Source: a virus
Taxonomy: Duplodnaviria; Caudoviricetes
Reading direction: 5' to 3' (one strand)
IMG/VR virus record: IMGVR_UViG_3300032327_000087
Span: 1-36,698 of that record
DNA: 36,698 bases
Shown: in pieces, positions 1-7,641 of the stretch
Numbering within the stretch: the stretch's first letter is position 1
How the letters are laid out: each line of letters starts with the position of its first letter
The notes under the pieces: generated by a model
Databases searched by the model: none
What the model saw: the letters and a program-made list of their open reading frames with translations, nothing else
Told to the model about the DNA's origin: nothing
Made by a program: the position numbers and the translations under genes

Positions 1-123
1 AATGGCTCACGTTGAGGCGACCCGCCAATTAGATCACCCGCATCCAAAGCTGCTGCAACCGTACCATGCACAATGTCTTGAATTTGTTCAAAAGTCATGC
101 CCGCCTGTACCGCTGAAATACGT
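1..123. repeat. Terminal direct repeat, left copy (identical to 36576-36698); probably a circular-assembly overlap
   Basis: aatggctcac...gctgaaatacgt occurs at both ends and lies inside the portal reading frame. Confidence 0.95.
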
Positions 124-2066
124 TTAGTTTCAGCATCAAACGCTTTAATTTGCGCTTCGTAGTTTTTGCGCTCAATGTCTTGGGCTTCCATAGATTTAGA
201 CACATTTTGCAGCATGGAATGCATATTTTCCATTTCTTTAGCCATTGCTTGCATCTGCTGCTCGGCGGCTTGGAGTGCAGGGTCTTTGTTGCTGTCGTCC
301 ATTAACTTAGGGTCAATAGTTTTAGCAAAACGTTTAGCCATTTCTTGAGCGCCTGGCCAATCCATGTTCTTAATAAACAGATCGCCCGCAACTGACCACA
401 ACTGTGGATTACCTTGCAGCAATTGACCCATTGACTCAAGCGCTTCTTGGCGTTTGGTCATGTAGCTTGGGCCGGTAGTCACCATTACGTCGTAAGTACC
501 GACGCTCGGATTATAAATCCTGTCAATTTCTATACCGTTTTGGTCAACAATTTTCTTGACCGGTTCGGGTTGATTAGGGTCAATTTTGGCTGAATCGGGC
601 TCGCCATCCTCGCCCATGATTCTAGCTACCCGTTGCGTGTCGTAAATTTTAGGCACTAAACCAATAATTTGACGTGTTATGTGGCGTACCGCACGCGCCA
701 AGTTGTCAACGTAGTGGTAAGTGCCGGTATCAGTCTGACGCTCACGCGCCATGATAGCCTTGCCAGAACGCTCGTTAGAGGTTGCGCCAAGGCTAGAGTC
801 ATATTGCCCTGTCGTTGATTTAATATCGTCGCTAGCGCCCGCTTTGGCTTGCAACAAGCCACTTGAGGCCATTGGGGGTTGCGCGCGTTGCGGCAAGGGC
901 AATGTACCGCCCGCGCCGTCTGTTACATCAGGGTTTACCTCTAGATACGGCCAGTTGGTTGTATTGGCTGTTTTCCATTGTTGTTCGTAGCCTTCAAACT
1001 GACCGCCGTAACCAATAAAAGGTGCCTTGGGTGCCAAAGCCAGCATTTCTGCTTCTTGGCTGACCCAATAGTTGTACATACGCTGTGCATCCTTGGCATT
1101 ACGAACAATGCCCGACACATGAATGCGCCCGTCAATTTCAAATTCGTTGCCGACTACCCGCACAACCGGAATCCAATCGCCCGCCCAATCGTTATGCTCC
1201 AACACCTCAAAACCATTGATTTTGCAATGTTTGACTTTTTTGATGTCAACCATACGACTTTTAATCGGTTTCATGCCGTTCATCACCATTTGCTGGTCTT
1301 CAGGCGAGCCTTTAATAGCGCTTACGTTGCCGTAATACAGGTTTAACGTAGCTTTTTCATGCTCAACGTAGTAATAATCGGCAATCCGAATGGTATCTAC
1401 GCTTAACCACGGTGCGTAGGATTCGTTGCCCACGCTTTGCGCTTGTAAGGATGACACGGGTTGCGCGTCAGGAAACATACGCTCAAAATCCTCGAGCATT
1501 ACGTCTTCAGTCACAAAACACCATTTGGCGTCTGACCCGCAAGGGTCTTGGATCGTTGGGTCCATGTAAACTGAGAATGAATTGCGAATACGCCCGATCT
1601 TGATGTTTTGATCAAACGAATTAGGGCTTTCGTACTCGGTTAGCAACCGAATATAACCCTCACCATACGCCACTTGGTTTTCACAAGCGGTGTCGTATGC
1701 CACATCTGCGTCAGACATATACTCAATGTGACGCACCATGCCATTAAAAATCTCGGCAACTTCAACGTCAGCTTTGTCGTCGGCGGGGATTACTTTCCCA
1801 CTTGGTCGATTTTGGCGTTGGTCGTTGGTGACTTGTCTGACGTGCTGGGGGAGTTTGTTGATGGTAAGGCAAGGTCGAGCGTTAATTGTCTGGCCTTGAA
1901 CTGAGCCTCGCGTTGCAAGTACGTCGGCTGGCCATTGGAATTGGTTGTCTGGACTTGCTGCATAGAATCGAAGGTCATCTAGTTCATCCTCACGGCTGTC
2001 AGAATAGGCGGCAATCGCCATTGTCATGCGATGCAGTGCGGTTTCTATGATGTCTTTATCGTTCAT
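1..2066 (-). CDS. P22-like portal protein, N-terminal part (continues across the join to a stop at 36461; ~726 aa in total)
   Basis: Missing from the ORF track because it runs off the edge. ATG at 2066 overlaps the GroES stop. Translates MNDKDIIETALHRMTMAIAAYSDSREDELDDLRF...QWP...RPCLTINKLPQHVRQVTNDQRQNRP, typical of P22-type portals. In frame with 36461..36673. Confidence 0.9.
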   Translation of the reverse strand, partial: MNDKDIIETALHRMTMAIAAYSDSREDELDDLRFYAASPDNQFQWPADVLATRGSVQGQTINARPCLTINKLPQHVRQVTNDQRQNRPSGKVIPADDKADVEVAEIFNGMVRHIEYMSDADVAYDTACENQVAYGEGYIRLLTEYESPNSFDQNIKIGRIRNSFSVYMDPTIQDPCGSDAKWCFVTEDVMLEDFERMFPDAQPVSSLQAQSVGNESYAPWLSVDTIRIADYYYVEHEKATLNLYYGNVSAIKGSPEDQQMVMNGMKPIKSRMVDIKKVKHCKINGFEVLEHNDWAGDWIPVVRVVGNEFEIDGRIHVSGIVRNAKDAQRMYNYWVSQEAEMLALAPKAPFIGYGGQFEGYEQQWKTANTTNWPYLEVNPDVTDGAGGTLPLPQRAQPPMASSGLLQAKAGASDDIKSTTGQYDSSLGATSNERSGKAIMARERQTDTGTYHYVDNLARAVRHITRQIIGLVPKIYDTQRVARIMGEDGEPDSAKIDPNQPEPVKKIVDQNGIEIDRIYNPSVGTYDVMVTTGPSYMTKRQEALESMGQLLQGNPQLWSVAGDLFIKNMDWPGAQEMAKRFAKTIDPKLMDDSNKDPALQAAEQQMQAMAKEMENMHSMLQNVSKSMEAQDIERKNYEAQIKAFDAETKRISAVQAGMTFEQIQDIVHGTVAAALDAGDLIGGSPQREP

Positions 2067-2308
2067 ACAAGCCCGATTACGTCCTTGTCTTTCATTAAAA
2101 TCAAATCTTCGTACTTGCGATCAATTGTGCCGCTGTACATGACATGATCACCCACGCTCACCATTAAAGGTCGTTTGGAGTCTTTCTTGCCTGGCCCAAC
2201 AGCAATAACCACGCCGGTACGCATATCTTCCTCGGGCAAGATTAGCAGCCCGCTTTGCACAAACGGGTCGGGGCGTACCGCGATATTGTCGTGTAGGGGT
2301 TGGATCAT
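2063..2308 (-). CDS. groES: GroES/Cpn10-like co-chaperonin
   Basis: IQPLHDNIAV, mobile-loop-like SGLLILP, GVVIAVGPGK, VSVGDHVMY and LMKDKDVIG match the Cpn10 pattern. Confidence 0.88.
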   Translation of the reverse strand: MIQPLHDNIAVRPDPFVQSGLLILPEEDMRTGVVIAVGPGKKDSKRPLMVSVGDHVMYSGTIDRKYEDLILMKDKDVIGLV

Positions 2309-2418
2309 TTCTTTTTAGTCATTTGGCGTTTATCCATCTTTTCTTCGCGCTTAGAGCCTTCTTTCATGTTCTTAGGCTCGACATCTTTTTTGGATTTTTC
2401 AAAAGGTTTAGCTTTCAT
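2305..2418 (-). CDS. Lys-rich microprotein (37 aa)
   Basis: MKAKPFEKSKKDVEPKNMKEGSKREEKMDKRQMTKKK; ATGA overlaps at both ends. Confidence 0.7.
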   Translation of the reverse strand: MKAKPFEKSKKDVEPKNMKEGSKREEKMDKRQMTKKK

Positions 2419-2552
2419 TTCTTTCCTTTAGGTGATGCTCGTTTGGTTGCGTATGCGATGGCGACGGCTTGCTTAACAGGCTTACCGGCTTTGATTTCAG
2501 CTTTTACGTTTGCACGAAAAGCAGCGGGGGATGCAGATTTTTTAAGAGGCAT
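2415..2552 (-). CDS. Lys/Ala-rich microprotein (45 aa)
   Basis: MPLKKSASPAAFRANVKAEIKAGKPVKQAVAIAYATKRASPKGKK; TAATG and ATGA coupling. Confidence 0.78.
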   Translation of the reverse strand: MPLKKSASPAAFRANVKAEIKAGKPVKQAVAIAYATKRASPKGKK

Positions 2553-2701
2553 TATTTCTTCTTTGCAGTCTTGGCAGACTGCTTAAAATCTTTAGCGCTT
2601 GGCGCGCCCGCTGCGCCAGGCTTACGCATCTTCTCGCCGCTTCCGGCTTTAATGCGTTCTTGTTTTGCGTGAATGTTGCTATACAAACCAGTTTTAGCCA
2701 T
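2552..2701 (-). CDS. Lys-rich microprotein (49 aa)
   Basis: MAKTGLYSNIHAKQERIKAGSGEKMRKPGAAGAPSAKDFKQSAKTAKKK; starts 2 nt after the upstream stop. Confidence 0.78.
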   Translation of the reverse strand: MAKTGLYSNIHAKQERIKAGSGEKMRKPGAAGAPSAKDFKQSAKTAKKK

Positions 2702-2703
2702 GA

Positions 2704-2961
2704 TTAACACTTCCACCGTTTAAGGGATGCCTTAGCACGTTCGCCGTCTTTAGCGTGGGCAGCGACCGCGCCCATTCTTGCACAAAATGACGCCTTGCGT
2801 CCTTTGTCTGCTTCAGTCTTTGGGCTTGGCGCGGGCGCCTTTAAGTTTGAACCCGTTTCCGAGTTGTACTTGGCGCGACCTTTGGCGGTCAATCCAGCGC
2901 CCTGACTTGCGGGTAGTTTCTCGCCTCGCCCTACCGATAACGACACGGATTTCTTAGCCAC
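2704..2961 (-). CDS. Small basic phage protein (~85 aa; possibly DUF6321-like)
   Basis: GLTAKGRAKYN...NLKAP...RKASFCARM...SLKRWKC; likely GTG start overlapping the terminase stop. Confidence 0.75.
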   Translation of the reverse strand: MAKKSVSLSVGRGEKLPASQGAGLTAKGRAKYNSETGSNLKAPAPSPKTEADKGRKASFCARMGAVAAHAKDGERAKASLKRWKC

Positions 2962-4481
2962 TATGACCCCATCCAAGAAGTTTGTACGCCTTGCGGCGAA
3001 TAGTTGCGACTTTTAGGTTCTACGTACTCACGGTGCGCGACAGGAAACGCAAACGTCACGCATATAGCATCTGCGGCATCAGGCGAGGCTAGGCCCCTCG
3101 CTTTCATGTCTTTCTTAGACTCTAAAAAGATTGTACCTTTAGAATCCGGTTTCATTACAGGTGATATTAAATCAGTTTTTAGTATTCTGTCACTAGGAAT
3201 CGACGCAGTTTTAAGCCATTGACGCATATCACCCCACATTTGCGCCCTTAAATTGCCGTACATGAGTGGATTTCGTGACTTATTTCCAAAATTGACCCCT
3301 CTTATCTTGTACCGCTGCTCTTTTAACCGATCCACAACGCCCCCACCCACACCACCTTCGTCTATCACCACCAACGCGGGCTTATATTCCTCAATCGCCT
3401 CGATAACGTGGCCCACGACCGTCATCGTATCGTCGCCTTTGAAGCGTTTGATGCCAATGATGTCACGCCCTTGGCGAATGGCAATCACCGTTGAGTCTGA
3501 TCCAAAGCGCGCTGGGTCAACGCCCACAATAATGGGGGCGGACAGGTCTTTAAGTTTGGCTCTCCGCATAGCTTCGTCTACGATCAGGCTAGAGATAAAC
3601 TGATCATCACCGGCAGACGGAAAGTCACCGTAGACCTCGACTGCCGCCTGTGATGAATCGGCGCCGTATTCGTCGATGATTTGTTGGTACACCGCTTTGT
3701 CGGTGCCCTCGACCGTCCTTGCGTCCACGATCTTGGTTTGCCAAAAGTCACGCTTGGAGTTGTGGCATTCGTAGAAGTAGCCGGTGTTGCGACGCGGGTT
3801 CGAGAACGCCAACCAAAAACGGTTAGGTGTGTTTTCTGTAAAGAAACCTGCGGTGACTGCCCAGATGGCGTCATCAATACCAGAGGCTTCGTCAAAGATC
3901 ACCATCACGCCGTCGTAATTGTGAACGCCAGCATAAGCGTCAGGGTTCTCGCTTGACCACAATCTGCCCTCAACCGACCAATAACGTGTGCCTTTCTTTA
4001 GGTCACGCTCAACCAGTTCGGTAATCCACTTGGCGGGCATGAGCCTAGTTGCGCTAACTTCAAACCAATGGCTGTTAAGTGACATAGCCAACCACTTGGT
4101 AATCTCTGCCCAAGTGACTGAACGTAGCTGTGATTCGCTGTTTGCCGATATGATGGTTGTTGAACCAATCCGTGTGGAAAGCATCCACAAGGTTAGCCAA
4201 CTGACTAACGCCGACTTGCCAATCCCCCGCCCCGAGCTTGTGGCCATTCTGAATGTGTTGAAGTCCACCAAGCCATTGTTAGCTTTAATGTGCGCGGTCA
4301 GGTCGGTCAGCACTTCCCGCTGCCATTTGCGTGGGCCGGTAAAGTTCTCAAGCGGCGTACCCTTTTGACCCCAAGGAAACGCGTACAACACAAACGCTAG
4401 GGGGTCATCCTTGATCTTGGGTGACCAAAGCGCTGACATTAGGCGCATCTCTTCGGCGGCGCTGTACTGTGTCGTTTGCAT
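2961..4481 (-). CDS. terL: Terminase large subunit
   Basis: Walker A SGRGIGKS, Walker B VIFDEASG, coupling motif FSNP, nuclease motifs GVDPARFGSD and SPDAADA. Confidence 0.95.
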   Translation of the reverse strand: MQTTQYSAAEEMRLMSALWSPKIKDDPLAFVLYAFPWGQKGTPLENFTGPRKWQREVLTDLTAHIKANNGLVDFNTFRMATSSGRGIGKSALVSWLTLWMLSTRIGSTTIISANSESQLRSVTWAEITKWLAMSLNSHWFEVSATRLMPAKWITELVERDLKKGTRYWSVEGRLWSSENPDAYAGVHNYDGVMVIFDEASGIDDAIWAVTAGFFTENTPNRFWLAFSNPRRNTGYFYECHNSKRDFWQTKIVDARTVEGTDKAVYQQIIDEYGADSSQAAVEVYGDFPSAGDDQFISSLIVDEAMRRAKLKDLSAPIIVGVDPARFGSDSTVIAIRQGRDIIGIKRFKGDDTMTVVGHVIEAIEEYKPALVVIDEGGVGGGVVDRLKEQRYKIRGVNFGNKSRNPLMYGNLRAQMWGDMRQWLKTASIPSDRILKTDLISPVMKPDSKGTIFLESKKDMKARGLASPDAADAICVTFAFPVAHREYVEPKSRNYSPQGVQTSWMGS

Positions 4482-5068
4482 TAGCGTTTACCAGTTCGGG
4501 TGTAAACCTTTAACCCCTCAAGCATTGCTTTTTGTTCGGGGCTGTAATTCATTTGGGTGTTTACCTCTTCCGGCCATTGGCCCATGACGTAGCCGCGCAG
4601 CCCTGAATCTATCGTGTTACGCATGGCGTCTTCTTCGCTCATGCCTAAATCTATAGAGTGTTGGTAGTCGCGCGCGTTGTGTTTTAGTACGTTGATCTGT
4701 TCAGGCGTTAGATTCTTAGATAACGCACCGCGCACTTCGTTAGCGTAAGGATCAATGTGCAACATCTCCGCCGCTAAGTCGTGATGTGAAAACTTAGACG
4801 GTTGATATATTTCAACGCCCACTCTATCTATAGGCAGAGTCTTAGGTCGCGAAAACCCACCACCAGGCAACGGCGCACCAGTTTCGTTAATAGGGTAAGT
4901 TTCAGCAAACCCTTCGCCTTGGCCCATAACAACCGCTGGGTTATGACTGCGTATAAAAGGATATTCTTCTTGCGCGCGTTGCATAAGCGATGCCAAGTAC
5001 GGGTTTGAATCTGTGGGCGCTAAAGCGTTTACTATTTGCCCGTTAGGCGCTAATGCGTTGGTTGCCAT
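4481..5068 (-). CDS. Hypothetical protein (195 aa) between the terminase subunits; possible degenerate zincin-like motif
   Basis: Overlaps both neighbours; duplicated N-terminal NALAP; HHDLAAEMLH. Confidence 0.75.
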   Translation of the reverse strand: MATNALAPNGQIVNALAPTDSNPYLASLMQRAQEEYPFIRSHNPAVVMGQGEGFAETYPINETGAPLPGGGFSRPKTLPIDRVGVEIYQPSKFSHHDLAAEMLHIDPYANEVRGALSKNLTPEQINVLKHNARDYQHSIDLGMSEEDAMRNTIDSGLRGYVMGQWPEEVNTQMNYSPEQKAMLEGLKVYTRTGKR

Positions 5069-5459
5069 CTGTGGGTTCCATATCTATAGTTAACCGCTGT
5101 TCAGCTTGCTCAAGCGCTGTGATGATGCTGATCTGTTGCGTCACATCAACCTGCACTTGCTGCTTGGCCACCCAATCGTGCTTGTGTTTCAGAAACTCTA
5201 ACGCCATCTTAGCGTCGCCGCCAAGCGCTGCGTCACGCACGACTTGCGACATTTCGGCTTCTGAATCCGCACGGCCTTGTTCAACTGCCATTTCCACCAC
5301 AGGGTCTAGCTGGCAGAGTTTACGAAACTCTTCGGGCATCATGCCTGCACGGATTGCCAACGCATTGTTTGACAAACCAAGACGCGCAGCTTCATAGACG
5401 CGCAACAAACGCGACTCGGTGGCGCGGACTTCGCGGGGTGTGAAGTGTAGAGATAGCAT
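5043..5459 (-). CDS. terS: Putative terminase small subunit (alternative start 5477)
   Basis: First gene of the late operon; HTH-like N-terminus (ARLGLSNNALAIRAGM), GDAKMALEFLKHKHDW and a beta-like C-terminal strand. Confidence 0.7.
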   Translation of the reverse strand: MLSLHFTPREVRATESRLLRVYEAARLGLSNNALAIRAGMMPEEFRKLCQLDPVVEMAVEQGRADSEAEMSQVVRDAALGGDAKMALEFLKHKHDWVAKQQVQVDVTQQISIITALEQAEQRLTIDMEPTDGNQRISA

Positions 5460-5626
5460 TTTGCGATTGTAGGTCATGTAGGCAATTTATTATATAAAAA
5501 AAATCGACAGCCTTATTGCACACATTTTTATAAAAAAAATTTTGAGCGTGAACCCTCCGCTAGCTAGGGCTCCCCGCAGGGCCCTCCCCCCCCTACCCCC
5601 ATGCCCTCAAGAATGCTTAATGCCAC

Positions 5627-5766
5627 ACTCACTAAGTCTTAGGTTGTTGGACAACCAACAAGCTCACTAAGTCTTAGCTTTGTACTCACTAAGTCTTAGT
5701 CACTCACTAAGTCTTAGCATACAAATACTCACTAAGTCTTAGCATCTGGTACTCACTAAGTCTTAG
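5627..5766. repeat. Array of six ACTCACTAAGTCTTAG repeats with palindromic core CTAAG-T-CTTAG
   Basis: Copies start at 5627, 5662 (first base G), 5684, 5702, 5727 and 5751; a degenerate seventh copy lies near 5777-5790. Confidence 0.95.
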
Positions 5767-5791
5767 GATTATATGCATACTAAGTTTAACT

Positions 5792-6037
5792 TGTAGGTCA
5801 TGTAGGTCATGTAGGTCATGGGGAAAACGTCGCACTGGCTCTTCAGCGTGTGCGTAAACGCTCCGACAATTTCATGCTCTAAAGTAATACTTAATATTAT
5901 CTATCTTTTAAATATATATCTAATAAATGACTATCTAATACTACAAAGCCCGTAAAGCCTTAATTTATATAGCCTTTTATGTAAGTCATTTGCCCCTATT
6001 TCATGACCTACAAAATAACCCACATGACCTACAAAAT
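5792..6037. promoter_or_regulatory. Candidate replication origin: convergent TGTAGGTCA repeats flanking an AT-rich core
   Basis: TGTAGGTCA at 5792, 5801 and 5810; reverse complement TGACCTACA at 6004 and 6025; 1-mismatch copy at 5980; AT-rich stretch ~5878-5980. Confidence 0.55.
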
Positions 6038-6070
6038 TATGAGCTTTTGTGAGCATTTTGCTATAAATAG

Positions 6071-6099
6071 TTGTACACTGCTATAAAATCATGTACAAT
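6071..6099 (+). promoter_or_regulatory. Sigma70-type early promoter
   Basis: TTGTAC-17 bp-TACAAT, ~30 nt upstream of the first rightward ORF. Confidence 0.65.
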
Positions 6100-6127
6100 A
6101 GAATCTCTTACTTAATAGGTGACCTAC

Positions 6128-6346
6128 ATGAAAAAGTACAAATTAGATGTAAAGCGCGACGTTGATTTTGACGGCGAAGGGTATATGTTTAACCTTTTAT
6201 GTGGTTGGCGTTTTTATGACGACGCTGTACATGTGCGCGGCTTTGATACATTAGCCGAGATACGCGCAGCGGCTAAAACTGACGTTGTGCCCTGTATTTG
6301 CCGCGAATGCGCAGCGGCTGCCGAGCCACTTTCCGCTGCCGTTTAA
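6128..6346 (+). CDS. Early hypothetical protein (alternative GTG start 6119)
   Basis: First ORF after the promoter; C-terminal CICREC. Confidence 0.7.
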   Translation: MKKYKLDVKRDVDFDGEGYMFNLLCGWRFYDDAVHVRGFDTLAEIRAAAKTDVVPCICRECAAAAEPLSAAV

Positions 6347-6362
6347 CTTTAAGGTGCACAAA

Positions 6363-6434
6363 ATGTCTAAACTTTCCGACGTAATCGCCGCGCTGCTAAT
6401 GTGCGTCGCGCTGCTACTGGCTTGCTTTCTCTAA
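6363..6434 (+). CDS. 23-aa hydrophobic peptide
   Basis: MSKLSDVIAALLMCVALLLACFL with an AAGGTG SD-like sequence upstream. Confidence 0.5.
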   Translation: MSKLSDVIAALLMCVALLLACFL

Positions 6435-6465
6435 ACTTCACTTCCATAAACTCAAAGGGCTAAAA

Positions 6466-7155
6466 ATGACACAAGTACACTTAACTTTAAAATCATCAAA
6501 CGTAAAAACAGGTGCGATACCTGTATCAACTACCGGTCGCGCATCGTGCCCGACGTCTTGCCCGTTTCAAGCGGCCGGATGCTACGCCGATAACTACGGG
6601 CTAAATTTTCTGTGGAACCGCGTAACCAATGGTACGGCCGGCACAGATTGGGCGACATTTTGCAACACGATCACGACGCTACCCAATGGCCAATTGTGGC
6701 GCCACAATCAAGCGGGCGATTTACCGCAAGACGGCCACGGCCACATTGACGGCCATTTGATGGGCTATTTAGTTGCGGCCAATATTGGCAAGCGCGGGTT
6801 CACTTACACGCATCACGCGCCCGAATTAGGCGATAACGCCAAGTATATTAAGGGCGCCAACGATTGGGGCTTTACTGTCAATCTGAGCGCTAACACGCCC
6901 GCACACGCCGACACGTTGGCCGCGCTCGAGATTGGCCCTGTGGTGGTCGTTTTACCGTCTACTCAAACCACTAACACGACGACGCCCCAAGGGCGCCCGA
7001 TTGTCATTTGTCCGGCCACCACACGCGACGACGTCACTTGTGAATCATGCCAATTATGCGCGCGCGTTGATCGTAAGGTAATCGTGGGTTTTCCCGCGCA
7101 TGGCTCGGGCACTAAGAAGGCCGAGCAAGCCATTACCTTTTGGAGCAAAAAATGA
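6466..7155 (+). CDS. Cys-rich radical-SAM-like (GP88-like) phage protein
   Basis: CPTSCPFQAAGCYA (CxxxCxxxxxxC), WRHNQAGDL, GFTYTHH, and a C-terminal CPA...TCESCQLC...IVGFPAHG cluster. Confidence 0.6.
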   Translation: MTQVHLTLKSSNVKTGAIPVSTTGRASCPTSCPFQAAGCYADNYGLNFLWNRVTNGTAGTDWATFCNTITTLPNGQLWRHNQAGDLPQDGHGHIDGHLMGYLVAANIGKRGFTYTHHAPELGDNAKYIKGANDWGFTVNLSANTPAHADTLAALEIGPVVVVLPSTQTTNTTTPQGRPIVICPATTRDDVTCESCQLCARVDRKVIVGFPAHGSGTKKAEQAITFWSKK

Positions 7156-7298
7156 CCAATTTAGAAATTATAGAAATGGCCGCGCTTCGCTTGGGATGTG
7201 AGCGCGCGCTTGAGTTATTAGAAAACCCCGACGCGTCGCATTTTGACGCTGATAAAGTTATCGCTTTTTTAACCATCGTATTGGACAAACAAAAATGA
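7152..7298 (+). CDS. Early hypothetical protein (48 aa)
   Basis: MTNLEIIEMAALRLGCERALELLENPDASHFDADKVIAFLTIVLDKQK; GGAG SD and ATGA overlaps at both ends. Confidence 0.7.
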   Translation: MTNLEIIEMAALRLGCERALELLENPDASHFDADKVIAFLTIVLDKQK

Positions 7299-7477
7299 AT
7301 ACTTATATTCGGTCTACCTATTCGCGCGAATACGCGGCCATACGCGCGCATCATACGCGCGTTAAAGCCCTAGGCCTTGAGATAGTACCGGCCACGCCTA
7401 AACTGCGCTACGCGGCCCGCATAGGGATTATTGCTACTTTTCGCATTTTGCCAAACAATACTTTGGGGTATTTATGA
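7295..7477 (+). CDS. Early hypothetical protein (60 aa)
   Basis: ATGA-coupled on both sides. Confidence 0.65.
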   Translation: MNTYIRSTYSREYAAIRAHHTRVKALGLEIVPATPKLRYAARIGIIATFRILPNNTLGYL

Positions 7478-7641
7478 AATACTTTATTTGCCACCCTGAT
7501 AATGACGGCGATTTTGTGCCTTGTTTTAATAAAACCTTTGAAAGTATTCAAGCGGCCGAGTTTTCATTAGCTGAGTTTTTGCTACGCGACGCCGTGGGTT
7601 ATATACGCGGTGATTTCAAAATCTTAGGGGATTTAACATGA
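7474..7641 (+). CDS. Early hypothetical protein (55 aa)
   Basis: MKYFICHPDNDGDFVPCFNKTFESIQAAEF...GDLT; GGGG SD and ATGA coupling. Confidence 0.68.
   Translation: MKYFICHPDNDGDFVPCFNKTFESIQAAEFSLAEFLLRDAVGYIRGDFKILGDLT

Noticed and set aside
1-123. Biological terminal repeat of the virion DNA
   Set aside because: It lies mid-portal, which is better explained by an assembler overlap on a circular contig.
166-1978. Multiple short ORFs listed in the track across 166-1978
   Set aside because: They are alternative-frame or antisense shadows of the portal gene, which occupies this whole interval.
5627-5766. Mini-CRISPR array
   Set aside because: The repeat is only 16 bp and the gaps are 2-19 bp and irregular. 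There is no cas operon; the Cas4-like DUF2800 gene is a normal phage replication nuclease.
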